A stretch of 64,000 nt of DNA from positions 286,006,001 through 286,070,000 of the forward strand of contig OZ024743.1 in NCBI GenBank assembly GCA_964016885.1. Reading direction: 5' to 3'. The stretch comes from Eledone cirrhosa (taxonomy: Eukaryota). The translations under genes were made by a program, and so were the position numbers. Below, in pieces: positions 23,440 through 37,016 of the stretch (positions within the stretch are counted from its first letter, which is position 1; every line of letters begins with the position of its first letter). A model generated the notes under the pieces. That model ran no database searches. It had not been told where the DNA came from and saw only the letters and a program-made list of their open reading frames with translations.

Positions 23440-26400
23440 TGTAGAGTCTGAGCACTCACAATGACAATGACAAAGATAAATTCACCTACCATCTCAGGAC
23501 GAGCATGCAAGCACTTCTCTTTATTTCATGGAAGACCAAGACCAACGTAATTCCATCTCCCACACACTCACCCCTGTGCCCCCATCCCATCCCTTCCTCC
23601 CTCCCAGTGAACTCCAAAACTTCAGAGTTGGTACCATGAATGTAGGCACATTGAAAAGTCGCTCAAATGAGGTAGAGATGTTTGAACGTAAAGAAGTTGA
23701 TGTTTGTTGTGTTCAAGATACCAGGTGGAGGGGTGGGTCTGCTAGTCTCATTGTGAGCAAAAAATGATGCTATAAACTTTGCTGGATGGGATAACGGGCT
23801 GGGTGGAGTAGGAATTATGTTAGCAGAAAAATGGGTAGATAAGGCAATTGCCGTAAATAGAGTGAATGACAATAATGAAAATAAGACTAGTTCTAAATAG
23901 AACAACTGTGTCAATAACATCTGCTTATGCACCCCAATCTGGTCTACCAGACGTTATATAAGACAGGTTCTATGAGTCGCTAATGCTCACTACCTCCCAA
24001 ATGACCAACAGTGACTACATAATTATTGTTGGCGACCTTAATGGTCATGTTGGACAACGTTATAATGGATATGATGGAATCCATGGAGGTTATTGGTTTG
24101 GTACTAGAAATGATGAAGGCTCCAGGATCCTGGAATTCTGTGATGCTAATAACCTAACTATGCTAATAAAGAAATATATCTGTAATACAAGCTTCAAAAA
24201 ATGAGACAATCACTTGATCACTTATAGATCAAGGGAGCACACCAGCCGGATAGATTTTATCTTTACTAGAAGACGAGACAGAATGTCTGTTGTAAACACT
24301 AAGTCCCTGCCTCGTGAAGAATGCACCTCCCAACATAGCCTAATAGTTAGTGACCTCATAGTTAAGACTAGATGTACTCAACGACAGGACTATCTTGAGG
24401 AAAAGAATATGGAAGTTGAAGGACCCCACAGCCAATAACAAATTTAAAAGCATATTACTTGATGCTTTTGACAGTAATGGAAGAGCAATTAGAGACGTAC
24501 AATATAGAGGAACAGTGGGAATTCCTGAAAGATAACCTGCTGAAGGTGGTGAAATCTGTGGCTGGAGCATACCTTTAGGCAGGAGGTGAGTAATATGGTG
24601 GTGGAACAATAAAGTGGCAGAGACAAGCAGGCTTGGAAAGAATTACGGGATGGAGGTAGTAGAGAACACTATCAAGTAGCTTGGAGAGAAGCTATGCGAC
24701 AAGTGTACTTTGCAAGAAGGGAAGCAGAGGATAGAAAGTTCAAGCATATTCTGCAATGGGAGGACCAAAAACGTGAGGTGTTCAGGATTGCGAGACAATG
24801 TATCAAGGAAAATTGTGATATTGTCGGGGAGAAGTGTGTCCAGAATGATGATGGTATACTTGCCCTCACTGATACTGATAAGAAGGTAGCTTGGAAGTGT
24901 CACTAAAAGAGACTACTGAATAAGAAGAATAAATGGGAAAAAGATAGTCTGCCCTAAATCGATCCAATAGAGGGACCGGCTGTACAAGTTAATAGTAGTA
25001 TAATAAGTAAGGCAATCAAAGATATGAAGACAGGCAAGGCAGCTGGGCCTTCGGAGATAGTTGCTGGAATGGTGGGACAGACATAATATGGTCACCCGGA
25101 TAGTAAACCAAGTAATACAGAATGGGGTCATACCAAATGACTGGTGTAGCAGCATCATCGTTAACTGCTACAAGGGTAAAGGAGATGCCCTAGATAGAGG
25201 AAACTATAGAAGCATTAAGTTAGTTGACCAGGTCATGAAGGTCACAGAAAGAGTTATTGCACAACTGATTAGAGACCAAATTGATCTAGATGAAATGCAG
25301 TTTGGGTTTGTGCTAGGTAAAAGTACCATGGACGCTCTCTTCTTTGTACGGCAACTACAGGAGAAGTATCTAGCTAAAAGTAAACCTCTCTACTTAGCTT
25401 TTGTTGCTTTGGAGAAAACCTTTGACAGAGCCCCCCCCCCCCCCTCCATTATCTGGTGGGCTCTTAGAAAACTAGGAGTAGAGCTATACAAGCCATGTAT
25501 AGAGGAACAGTCAGCAAGGTTAGAATTAACAATGAATATAGTGAAGAATTTAGCGTAAAAGTGGGTGTTCACCAAGGTTCCATCCTTAGCCCCTCCTGTT
25601 TATTATTGCCCTACAGGCTATAACAGAAGGGTTTAAGACTGGCTGCCCATGGGAACTTCTATATGCAGATGATCTAACTCTCATATCTGAATATATGGCT
25701 GAACTAGAGAAGAAATTCCAAACATGGAAGCATGGCCTAGAATCAAAAAGCCTTAAAGTTAACTTGTCTAAGACTAAAGTCCTAGTGTGTAGAAAGGAAA
25801 ATAGGGCACAGGTGCTCTCTGGGAAATAGCCATGCTCAGTGTGTAGGAAAGGAGTAGGTAGAAATTCCATGCTATGCCTCAAATGTAAACTATGGCTACA
25901 TAAAAGATGTAGTGAGATCACAGGCAAGCTATCTAAGAATGTAGATTTTATATGTGGCCGATGCTCAGGTGCAGTAAGTAGCAAGTGCCCACTGGATACT
26001 AGCTCCTTCAACTGCCCAGATGGTTCTATAGAAATAGTAGACACTTTCTGTTACCTGGATGACAAAATCAGCAGTAGAGAAGGGTGTTCTGAAAGTACAG
26101 TAGCTAGAGTTAGAATGGGATGGAAAAAGTTCAGAGAGCTTTTGGCCACAAGGGGTTTCTCTCTAAAGATGAAAGGCTGATTGTATGATGCTTGTATACA
26201 AACAGCAATGTTACATGGCAGTGAGACCTGGGCACTGTGAACAGAGGACCTGGAAAAATTGGAAAGAAATGAAGCATGCATGCTCCGTTGAATGTGTAAT
26301 AGTAATATACACGAACAGCAAAACATAAACAAACTAAGACAGAAATTAGGAATAAGAGGGATCAGATGCAGTTTACTTGAGAGGAGATTACGTTGGTATG

Positions 26401-26997
26401 GTCATGTGATGGATACAGCTGTATAAAAAAGTGCAGGGCGATCAAAATTGATGGAAGTTACGGAGTAGGTAGACCCAGAAAAACCTGCGACGACATGGTA
26501 AAATCTGAACTTGCGCACTTACACTTCTCTAAGACAATGTCACTGGATTGAGATCTTTGGCGCTATGCTATAATACAGAAGAACCACCTTCCCTTACGTA
26601 CAAACTTAAACCTACGGTCAGTAGGCACCTCTTACCCCAATATACATCCACCCCACACTCTCTACTCCATCCTCCCACTTCTGCCCACACCACCCTTTCT
26701 CTGTAAAGTTATGTTGGTACCACAGAACATCCAGTCCACACTGTAAAGTGGTTGTGTAGGTGTCACGACAAAAAACACCCAGTCCACACTGTAAAGTGGT
26801 CATGTAGGAGACATGGTAAAAAGGTTCCCAGTCCACACTGTAAATGTTGGCGTTAGGAAGGGCATCCAGCCAGATACAGTTCTCTATGAGCGAGATACGG
26901 TCACCCGACCAATCTTGCCTCAAGTGGGACAAACCTGTCTAACCCATGCTAGGGTGGAAGATCGATGTTAAACAATGATGATGATGATGATGATGAT
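23440..26997 (+). mobile_element. Near full-length but inactivated RTE-clade LINE (APE, RT, PHD-like finger) with (GAT)n tail
   Basis: RVGTMNVGTLKSRS, VCCVQDTRW, IIVGDLNGHVG, SRIDFIF, NYRSIKL, EMQFGF, VHQGSILSPLLF, LYADDL and a Cys/His finger, then FCYL...ARVRMGWKKF. Many stops and frameshifts. Confidence 0.92.
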
Positions 26998-27640
26998 AAA
27001 ATTATAATTTTTCTTCTTCTTGAATTATTACAATGACTCAGTTGGGATTTTCTTTTTACATTCAGAGTACCGATATAGATGATTAAATAATAGAAGAGTG
27101 TTGTAGCTTGCTCGAAGCATTGAGGAATTGTCAAAAAATTATTTCCGGTTCCATTCCTTTTGAGCAAAGTCATTTTGAGTAATGCTAGAGCTGACAAGTT
27201 CATAGACTGACGAAGATACTCTCATGGAATGACCAAATAAGGTTTATTTTTCAACATAGTCCCTGGAACCCTGGAAAGAAATAATGCAGTTATTAATGAG
27301 AAGGGTTGAAATTAATGCACGCAAGATTTCACAGCTCAAGTATCACTACTTGGTAGTCAGCCTATGAACTTTTCAGCTGACACATGTACCACAGCCTGAT
27401 TTGTACATAATATTGTTATGCATTACACATATATGAAAACTATCTCATATTTTTCAAACTATCTATATTATAAAAGAGAATCTGTTTCTCCCTCTGTTTG
27501 TCCATCACAATATATATATGTAGATGGATGGGAAAACGGGTGGAGTGAAAAGTTGTTGTTGTATATATTGTATATAATATATATATATATATATGAGGAA
27601 AGTGTAGTTTACTTGAAGCATTGCGTAATGAGGTATAAAC

Positions 27641-28089
27641 GTTTGGAGGTAGAGGGCCAGAACAATGTAGGTATGGATATAGAATATAAATACAAATGTA
27701 AAAGATATTGCTGACCATTAGTCTTTTACCTTAAATTTATTTGAATATCCTTAATTTTCGAGATAATATCTCTTCTTCGGAGGGAAGTAAAGGGGTTAAT
27801 CCAGTGTTCTAATTAGCTTGCCAAGTCATGCTGACAGGAAATAGTATAGAAATTCCATTCTATTTCTAATGTCAAAGAGTGAAGGTTAGGTGGATAGAGG
27901 GTTGTCTCCCTTTAAAAGGGTTTGGACATGTATGTCTAAGCGTGCGTGGGAGAATACGTGAAGGTGTAAGCATGCGTGTGTGAGTGAGAGGATATGTTTA
28001 AATGTAAATGTGGGGGCTAGATGCTCTATCATGTTAAAACTGGTCTATGTGTGTGTGAGAGAGAGAATAAGTGAAGGTGTAAGCGTGCT

Positions 28090-28122
<33 letters not shown>

Positions 28123-29871
28123 TGGTACGTGGAGGTGTAAGTGTGGAGCTAGGTGCTCTATCATGTTAAAAATTGTCTGTTATTGATTGGTGATTGTGTT
28201 TTGTCTATAATTAGTGCTTCTTTAATTCTAAGATTGCCGAGGTTTCTTTCTTTAGCTTCTATTTTAACTATTATGTTTTTGTCAGTGATTTTGCATTTCA
28301 CTAGGTGTTTCTTAAATGAGGAAGCGTTAGTGTTGCGGTGTTCTTTTATTCTAATGTGAAGTGGTCTGGTGGTGCTACCTATGTAGAAGTTGCTGCATTT
28401 GTCGCACTCTAATCTGTACATGACGTAAGCCTGGTGGCATAGGTCTGTGTCGTCGATGGGGCAGTTGGCTAGCCTGCAGCGGTGATCATGTCTGGTGGAG
28501 TGTCTTTTGGTTAGCTGTCCGTGTAGAGAAGGTCCTGAGTGGGCTAGCTGGACATCTAGTCCCTCTCATCTGATAGCTCTGCGGATGGCTGTCGTTGTTT
28601 CATCACTGAAGTGTGGGAGCTTCAGGAAGCAGGTGTTAGTGCCTCAGGTGTGGTGTCCTCTGTTGTTTCTGGCATGGTTTGCGGTGGACGTCGGGTATCC
28701 GTTCAGTTTAAGTACTTCCAGGAAATGTGTGGTGTCTGTGTCTCGGTCTCTTGCGTCGGTGCATTTGTTCCGGATACGTGTTAGTTCGTTCCTTATGTAT
28801 CAGAACTTAGCGCTGACTGGGAGGGCTGATCTGAAATGTACGAACAGGTCCCTGCTGGCGGCTTTTTTATAGAAGCAGGTGTGGATGTCGCCTTCCTCTG
28901 TTACCCTGAGTTGGAAGTCCAATAAGGATAGGGATCCACGGTTATTGGGGTGTTCCATGTTGAACTTTATATTGGCGTCCATGCTGGAGAATGTCATGTA
29001 TATTTTATCCGCTTCTTCACGGGATGATGTAAGAATGGGTATGTCATCTACATATCGGGTGAAGCAGGTATAGGAATGGCAGGTGTTGAGGGCTCGGCAT
29101 TCCAGCTGGTTCATATAATTGATGGCCAGCAGGCCCGATAGGCTGGATCCTATGGTAATCCTGTTGTCTGTCTGTATGTGTGATGGTGGAAGGTGAAGTA
29201 CGTGTTGTCCACTGTGAAAGACAAAAGTTGGTGTATGTCCGTTGGATGGAGGCCATAGTAGTGGACGTCCTCTGCGACCACGAAGTCCGTCAATAAATCG
29301 ACAGCTGGATGAGCGGGGACTGTAGTGTAGAGGGAGACAATGTCGAGGCTAAAGGTGTATCTATATAGTTTAAGTTGTTCTGGCTGGAGTTGGTGTAGTC
29401 TACGTATGACCTTGTCGGAGCTACTGACATGCCCGGGAAAGGTGGAGAGTAGAGACTTGATGACCTGGGAGAGGAGCCAGGAGATTTTGTATAGGAGCCC
29501 TTCTATGCTAGAGACGATGGGTCTTATTTGTGTCTTAGTACTATTCTTGTGGATCTTGATGAGGTGATAAGTCTGCTATTTCTAGTGGTGTAATCAAACT
29601 TAAATTTATTTGGGAGTTGTCTTCTACTACAGATGTCGAACCAGATGGAGTTGGCCTGTTTTTCGATCTGTCAGCATGACTTGGCAAGCTAATTAGAACA
29701 CTGGATTAACCCCTTTACTTCCCTCCGAAGAAGAGATATTATCTATTATCTCGAAAATTAAGGATATTCAAATAAATTTAAGGTAAAAGACTAATGGTCA
29801 GCAATATCTTTTGCATTTGTAATTATATTCTATATCCATACCTGCATTGTTCTGGCCTTCTAACTCCAAAC
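27641..29871 (-). mobile_element. Penelope-like element (RT plus GIY-YIG endonuclease), 5'-truncated, with inverted pLTRs
   Basis: Minus-strand RT 'RYVDDIPIL...LSLLDF...YKK' (28800-29114) and GIY-YIG 'YRLECDKCSNFYIGSTTRPLHIRIKEH' (28161-28421). ~200-bp terminal repeats at 27641-27837 and 29668-29871 are in inverted orientation. Confidence 0.9.
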
Positions 29872-29897
29872 ATATATATATATATATATATATATAT

Positions 29898-30128
29898 GTA
29901 CCAAAGTTTTGGTACCCTTGAAATATGTATAATAGAATAAGTTTTGGTACCCTTGAAATATGTATAATAGAATAAATATGGTTTTATAAATATAGTTTCC
30001 ATTTATTAATATCATTGATATTATACTCCAGAAAACTTGTTGAGTGCTTCGAATCAGTTATAAATAAATATGTTTGTTGAATTACCAACAAATTAAATAT
30101 CCCTTGTGCTTATATATATATATCATAT

Positions 30129-30172
<44 letters not shown>

Positions 30173-30186
30173 ATATATATATATAT

Positions 30187-30232
<46 letters not shown>

Positions 30233-30246
30233 ATATATATATATAT

Positions 30247-30305
<59 letters not shown>

Positions 30306-30563
30306 TATATATATATATATATCATATATATATATATATATCATATATATATATATATATATATGATATATGATATATATATATAAGCACAAGGGATATT
30401 TAATTTGTTGGTAATTCAACAAACATATTTATTTATAACTGATTCGAAGCACTCAACAAGTTTTCTGGAGTATAATATCAATGATATTAATAAATGGAAA
30501 CTATATTTATAAAACCATATTTATTCTATTATACATATTTCAAGGGTACCAAAACTTTGGTAC
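29898..30563. repeat. Foldback: ~175-bp inverted arms around a ~270-bp (TA)n microsatellite
   Basis: 29941-30111 is the reverse complement of 30385-30555. Additional partial direct copies of the arm lie at 29898-29940 and 30892-30980. Confidence 0.9.
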
Positions 30564-31000
30564 AAATTCTGGAATCATATTCCACCATTCCTACAAACTG
30601 TCAATTCTTTTTAAATTCACGTAAATACAAGCTTTTCTTTCTTTCTCTTTCTACACATATATATATATCCTAATAATTATTTAAAATCTACCTAGCGTCT
30701 AAAAATAACGTTTTTTTTTCAGCCCTATACCTCAACCTCATTTGCATATTCATCTTAATAATTTGAAATATTTGACTTTTCCTCTCTTTCCCCTCTTTCC
30801 TTTTACTATCCAGGAAAAACTTGAACTGTTAAGATCTTCCTGGATATGTCAATATTTATAAAACAAATTTTGTATTTTATCTGATGAGAGCGTACCAAAG
30901 TTTTGGTACCCTTGAAATATATATAATAGAATAAATATGGTTTTATAAATATAGTTTCCATTTATTAATATCATTGATATATATATATATATATATATAT

Positions 31001-31480
31001 AGGCAGACCCAGAAAAACCTGGGACGACTTGATAAATTCCAACCTCAGACACTTACACCTCTCCAAGACAATGTCACTGGACCGAGATCTTTGGCGCTAT
31101 ACAGTAATACAGAAGACCCACCTTGCCTAAGTACAAAGCGTAACCTACAGTCAGTAGGCACCTCTAACAAAAATACACCCCCGTCCCGTCCCACCCCCAC
31201 CCCACCCCCACCCCATCCCATCTACACCACCCCTTTCGATGTAATGTTATGTTGGTACCACAACATCCAGTCTGAAATAAATGAGGTCGTGTAGGTAACA
31301 CGGTAAAAACCTCCCAGTCCACACTGTAAACGTGGTTGGTGTTAGGAAGGGCATCCAGCCGCAGAAAACCCACCAGACAGTCCTATACGAGCAAGACAAC
31401 CAATCTTGCCTCAAGTGGGAAAACTCCCGTCCAAACCCATGCAAGCGTGGAAGATGGACGTTAAACGATGATGATGATGA
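31001..31480 (+). repeat. Second copy of the RTE 3' end/tail
   Basis: Highly similar to 26466-26997 (agacccagaaaaacctg...caatgtcactgga...cagtaggcacctct...(GAT)n). Confidence 0.8.
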
Positions 31481-33619
31481 TATATATATATATATTCCTT
31501 CCATATACTGTACCAATTGTGTTGTTATTTCTGTTTACCTTTTACATACGTATATATATACTGACATTGCTTAATAGGCTCGCTCAAAATGCACATAATT
31601 TTAACTTCCCTCAACTTGACTTTGCTCAAATGACTATATCCAGTGTATCCAATTTAGATTATCTAATTCTGAAGACTTATTTTCTAAACATCTTTCATTA
31701 CCTTGTGATTTTTTATATTATGTATAAATATTAAAATTTGCTTTGAAATATTCTTTATATTTCTATTTCTATAAAATAGAAAATACAATTGGTTTGTATG
31801 CACCTCCACCCTAAAAAAATAAAAAGGAATTAATTAAATATTTCTTATAATATATCTGTTATAAAATTACCTGTTTTATTTTGTTTTGTTTATTTATTTA
31901 TTAGCATAATCCACTTTACTTTCCCAATATCACTGAAGTATTAAATAAATAATTTCACTGTACAATGAAGTATCGCAAAGTTTACAGCAGCAATTTAGGA
32001 CAGTATAGCATTTCTATTTTATTTCTACATTAAAAAGCTAAAATTTAAAACATTATGAAGAAAATAAAACATCTGAAAGCTTTTGGTATAGTGTTTTAAA
32101 AGAAATTAAAAAATGTTTGTAACAATGTTATATTTGTTTATTTAAGCTCACAATTTTTTTTTTTTCATTGCAGAGTGAACAAAACTGCCAAACACTTCAT
32201 TGAAATAATTTGAGATTGTTCTCTAAGATATGTGATGAAAACAATCATCATCTGAAACTGCTGCAATTTCATTCACCCACTTCTTGTGTATGACTTGTCG
32301 ATTGTTGATTTCTTTTAAGATCTATCCAAGTTGTTGTCACGTTATGTGCAATGAAATTTATGGTGGTAACTTCCACTTTGAAAGTTCTTTTCTGAGAAAA
32401 ATATGTATTGGAAAGATATTTCCATCAAGGTTTCCACTTTAGAAACTAATTTTCTCTTGTATGCAATTCTCCTTCAGCAACAGGGAATATATAAAAAAAA
32501 ATAAAAAACAATAACAGACAGAAAATTATGAAGACAAATGTTTGCACTCTGTCTAATCTGTCAAATTGACTGCAAATTATATAAAGTAACAGACTGAAAC
32601 AATTTGAGGTAAAATTAGAAGTAGAATAACTTTTTTTTTATCATTGAAAACTGACGATTGTCTTTCCTTGCCAATCAAGGAAATTGAATGTGTCTAAAAA
32701 AAGGAAAAAAGACTGTTCCTTAATATAATTGTCTACTCGGAAGTAAGAAAGAAATACTGAGAAAATAAACCGTTGATGATTTACCATGATTACTGGATGC
32801 GGGTGGTGCAAGCTGATATGTAAAAGGAATAAAATTATGTGAATTTTCATATTGCAAGATTTTCTAAACATTAATTTCACATAACATTTGTTTTCCTCTG
32901 TGATAGACTATGTTCATTATACATATTCCTGAAATGGTACAGTCTGCTTTAATTTTGTGTGATGAAATAATCAGCATTTGAAATACATTTATATTTTATA
33001 ACTCCGGTGAAACGATTGTTCTGTATTTGTTTGCTTATTGCTGATGTTCTTATCTATTTGACATGTGAACAACAACTCAGTTCTTTAAAACTTTTCATTC
33101 AATCGATTCTTGCATTCACATGTCATGTTCTACGAAGAAATGTGGTGTCACAAGATTTCCTACAATCATCACCAATATTTAAAATTCAAACAGCAATCTT
33201 TGCTCTCGTATTTATTTTGGTAGGAAATTATTGATGAGAAATATCAAAGTGGTTAAACAAAGGACGCAACTCTAACATTATCTTTCTTTTATTAAGAACA
33301 CTGTCCAAAATGGCTAATTGAATTAGCTTTCTCGATTTTACATGACAGCTAAAATTGCGTCTATATTTATCTATATTATTTCACATATTTTTAAAGAACT
33401 GAAGACTCTTATCCATAAAAGAGTTTATGTTTTGTTGTATTTGTAGAAATTAAATTAAAACAGAATTGTGGGTAATATTTATTTGTTATGAATTTAATTA
33501 TTACAATTGACCTTTAAATTAATTTTTTTACTCTTTAATTATTGTGTAAGCATTTTCTCTTTCAATTCTTGTAAAACAATTCTATAGCTTAAATGGCAAT
33601 AACTATAATCTACTTCATC

Positions 33620-35215
33620 ATTTTGACTTTTTTTTCCATACTTGCATGGATTGGACAAGTCTTTTCTAGCTTAGCCTTTTTCCACTTTTCATGTTGTTTT
33701 TATATTTTTTCTGAGAAGTTCAGCCACTAAGAGTGCTAACCATTTCTGCACAGGTTTTCCTCAGTCTTCCTTTTCTGTAATCACTTTCTACATGGAGTTC
33801 CTGGCATTTCTTCACCCAACAATCATCATCTATATGTATCACATGTCCATACCAATGCAATCTTTTCTCTTATACAGTACATCCGATTCCTCTTACGCTG
33901 TTTTTGTTTCTTCAACTCATCTGTTCTTTATGCACACTAGCATTTCACATCCAGTGGAGAATGCTAGCCTTATTTCTTTCTAACCTTCACAACATATCCT
34001 CTGCATTTGAACCTTGTTTTACTACCATGCAACACTGTACTTCATATACAGGTATCATATAATCTGGATGAGAATGATATGTAAGTTTATAAGGAAGAAT
34101 TTAGAGTGCAGGTATGTGTACATCAGGGCTCCATCCTTTACCCTCCTGTTTATTATTGTTAAACAGGCTATAACAGTAGAGTTTAAGACTGGTTTCCCAT
34201 GAGAACTTCTGTAGGCAGATAATCTAACCCTTACAGCTGAATCTATGGCAGGATTAGAGAAGAAATTCCAAACCTGGAAGTATGGTCTAGAATAAAAAGG
34301 TTTCAAAGTTAACTTGTCAAAGACTAAAGTCCTAGTATCATCATCATCATCACCGTTTAACATCCATTTTTCCATGCTAGCATGTGTTAGCCAAGTTGTC
34401 CTGCTGTGAGAAATGCCAGGTGTGGTGACCATGTCTTGCTCCTACAGAAATGATTTTGGCTTGGTTTCTACAGCTGGATGCCCTTCCTAATGCCAAATAC
34501 ATTTAGTGAGGGGTGCTTTTTGTCATGACACCTACACGACCACTTTACAGTGTGAGCTGGGTGCTTTTTGTTGTCATCATCACAACCACTTCACAGTGTG
34601 GACAGGGGTTTCACTAAATGTATGCTTCAGCTTGTCCTCATGGGAGATGTATGGAAAAGTGGGGTGGAGGTGGTGCATATTATATGTATGCTTCAACCTG
34701 TGCCCATGGGGAGGCAGGTCTTCTGTATTAGTGCATAATGCCAGAGATCTTGGTCCTGTGTCATCATCTTTGAGAAAGGTCAGCTTTTATTACCTCATCC
34801 TAAGTCTTCCTGGGTCTCCCCACTCTATGGCTTCCATCAACTTTGAGTTCTCTGTACCTTTTTATACAGCTGCCGTTCATGTATATTACAAACTTCATTT
34901 CTTTCCAATCTTCGCAAGTCCTCTGCACACAGTGCTCAGGTCCACTACCATGTGGCATTGCTGTTCATATGCACACATCATACAGTCTGCCTTTCATTTT
35001 CAGGGAAAAGCCTTTTGTCGCTAGCAGTGGTAGTAGCTCCCTGAACTTTGTCCATCCAATGTGGTTGGCATTAGGAAGGGCATCCAGCCAGCCATAGAAA
35101 CCAAGTCAGGAACAGTTCTGTATGAGCAAGACACAGCCTCCTGACCTGACTTGCCTCAAATAGGACAACCCATCTAACCCATGCTAGCATGGAAAATAGA
35201 CATTAAATGATGATA
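33620..35215. mobile_element. Mosaic of RTE LINE fragments and tail SINEs in both orientations
   Basis: Minus-strand RTE 3' pieces (33620-34050, 34700-35060), a plus-strand RT piece (34100-34335) and (CAT)n/(GAT)n tails. Confidence 0.7.
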
Positions 35216-35219
35216 ATAA

Positions 35220-37010
35220 GGAATGTATTCTCAGCAAGTTAAAAATTTAGATGTATTTTGTTTGAGGATTATGACAATAAGGAAGAACAGATAGCAACAT
35301 TCAACATAGAGGAGTATTGAGAGATCCCAAAAATAAATTTACTGAAGGTAACAAATGAGAAGAGAGTGACTTGGTGGTGAATGAGACAATTAAGGCCAAG
35401 AGACAGACATGGAAGAATGGATGAAGCAGGGTGCACTACCTGAAAGCTCAGAGAGAAGGTAGGTGACAAGTATACTTTGTAAGGAGTAAAGCAGAAAATA
35501 AAAAATGTAAGCATGTTTTGCAACATGAGGACCAAAGATGCAAGGTAGTTTGATAGAGAAAATTGTGATGTTGCTGGGGAAAAGTGTGTATAAGATGATA
35601 ATGGCGCACTTGCCCTCACCGATGCTGAGAAAAAAGTAGCAAGGAAGTGTCATTATGAAAGATTATTGAATGAGGAAAATGCATGGGAGGAAGATAGTCT
35701 ACTCCAAGTAGACACAACAGAGAGTCCAGCTGTACAACTCAGCAGCAGTGTAGTAAGCCAACAATTAAGGATATGAGGATGAGGAAAGCATAGGGATAGT
35801 TGCTGAGATACTGAAAGCATCTGGGACGGTCGGTCACATCTTAACCATATGTATTGCAAACCAAGTAATACAAAATGGTGTCATACCCAATGATTGGTGT
35901 AGCAGCATCATCGTCAACTACTACAAGGGCAAAGGAGATGCTCTAGACAAAGGAAACTATATAGGCATCATGAAGGTCACAGAAAGAGTTATAGCACAGT
36001 TGATTAAGGACCAAGTTAACCTAGATGAGATGCAGTTTGGATTTGTGCCAAGTAAAAGTAGCACTGATGTCCTCTTCCTTGTGAGGCAACTACAGGAAAA
36101 GTACCTAGCTAAAAGTAAACTGTTCTACTTGGTATTTGTTGACCTGGAGAAAGCTTTTGACAGTTTCTTTGCTATAATCTGGTGAGCTCTAAGAAAACTA
36201 GGAGTAGATGAGTGACTTGTGAAGGCAGTACAAGCCATGTATAGAGGAGCAGTGAGTAAGGTTAGGATTAATAATGGCTACAGCAAAGAATTTAGTGTGC
36301 AGGTAGGAGTCCATCAGAGCTCTGTTCTTAGCCCCCCTCCTGTTTATTGTCATACTGCAGGCTATAACAGAGGAGTTTAAAACTGGCTGCCCATGGGAAC
36401 TCCTGTATGCAGGTAACCTTTATAGATGAATATATGCAGAATTCCAACAGTGAGAACGGGATGGAAAAAGTTTAGGGAGCTACTGCTGCTGCTAGTTACT
36501 GTGGGGCTGCCGCAAGATAGAGGGGGGTGTAGAGCTGCCGGAAGTTGGGGGACACCTGACTGGAAGCTGGAGGATGGGAGCGACTTGAGGGACCAGGCAG
36601 TCAACAGAGGCCTCTTAGCTATACGCCCTGCGAGGTGACGGTTGTGTGAAGACAGATGCGAGCGGAAAGTACCCCCACATGGACCAGAGAGATGCAAGGG
36701 AAGTCCGAATGCCTCTGGCTACAGCTACAAAAGGCTTTTCCCTCAAAATGAAAGGTAGATTGTACGAACAGAACTGCTGCATGGAAGTGAGACCTGTGCA
36801 ATATGTGCAGAGGATTAGAAAGAAATGAAGCTTACATGCTCCAACTATTGTGTAATGCATGAATGACAAAAGAATCAGTGAACTGAGAGAGAAACTAGGC
36901 ACAAGAGGGATCAAATGCAGTGTACAGGAGAGGAGATTGTAGTGGTTTGGACTTGTGATGAGTATGGAGGTTGACAGATGTATAAAAAGGGACAGGGCAC
37001 TCAAAGTCAA
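35220..37010 (+). mobile_element. Decayed RTE LINE (tether-RT-C-terminus) interrupted by a GC-rich insert
   Basis: ORF 35970-36185 (EMQFGF...LVFVDLEKAFD) and RTGWKKFRELL. An unrelated GC-rich segment lies at ~36495-36720. Confidence 0.8.
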
Positions 37011-37016
37011 TAGTAG

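Noticed and set aside
30074-30386. ORFs rich in Ile/Tyr
   Set aside because: These are translations of the (TA)n microsatellite.
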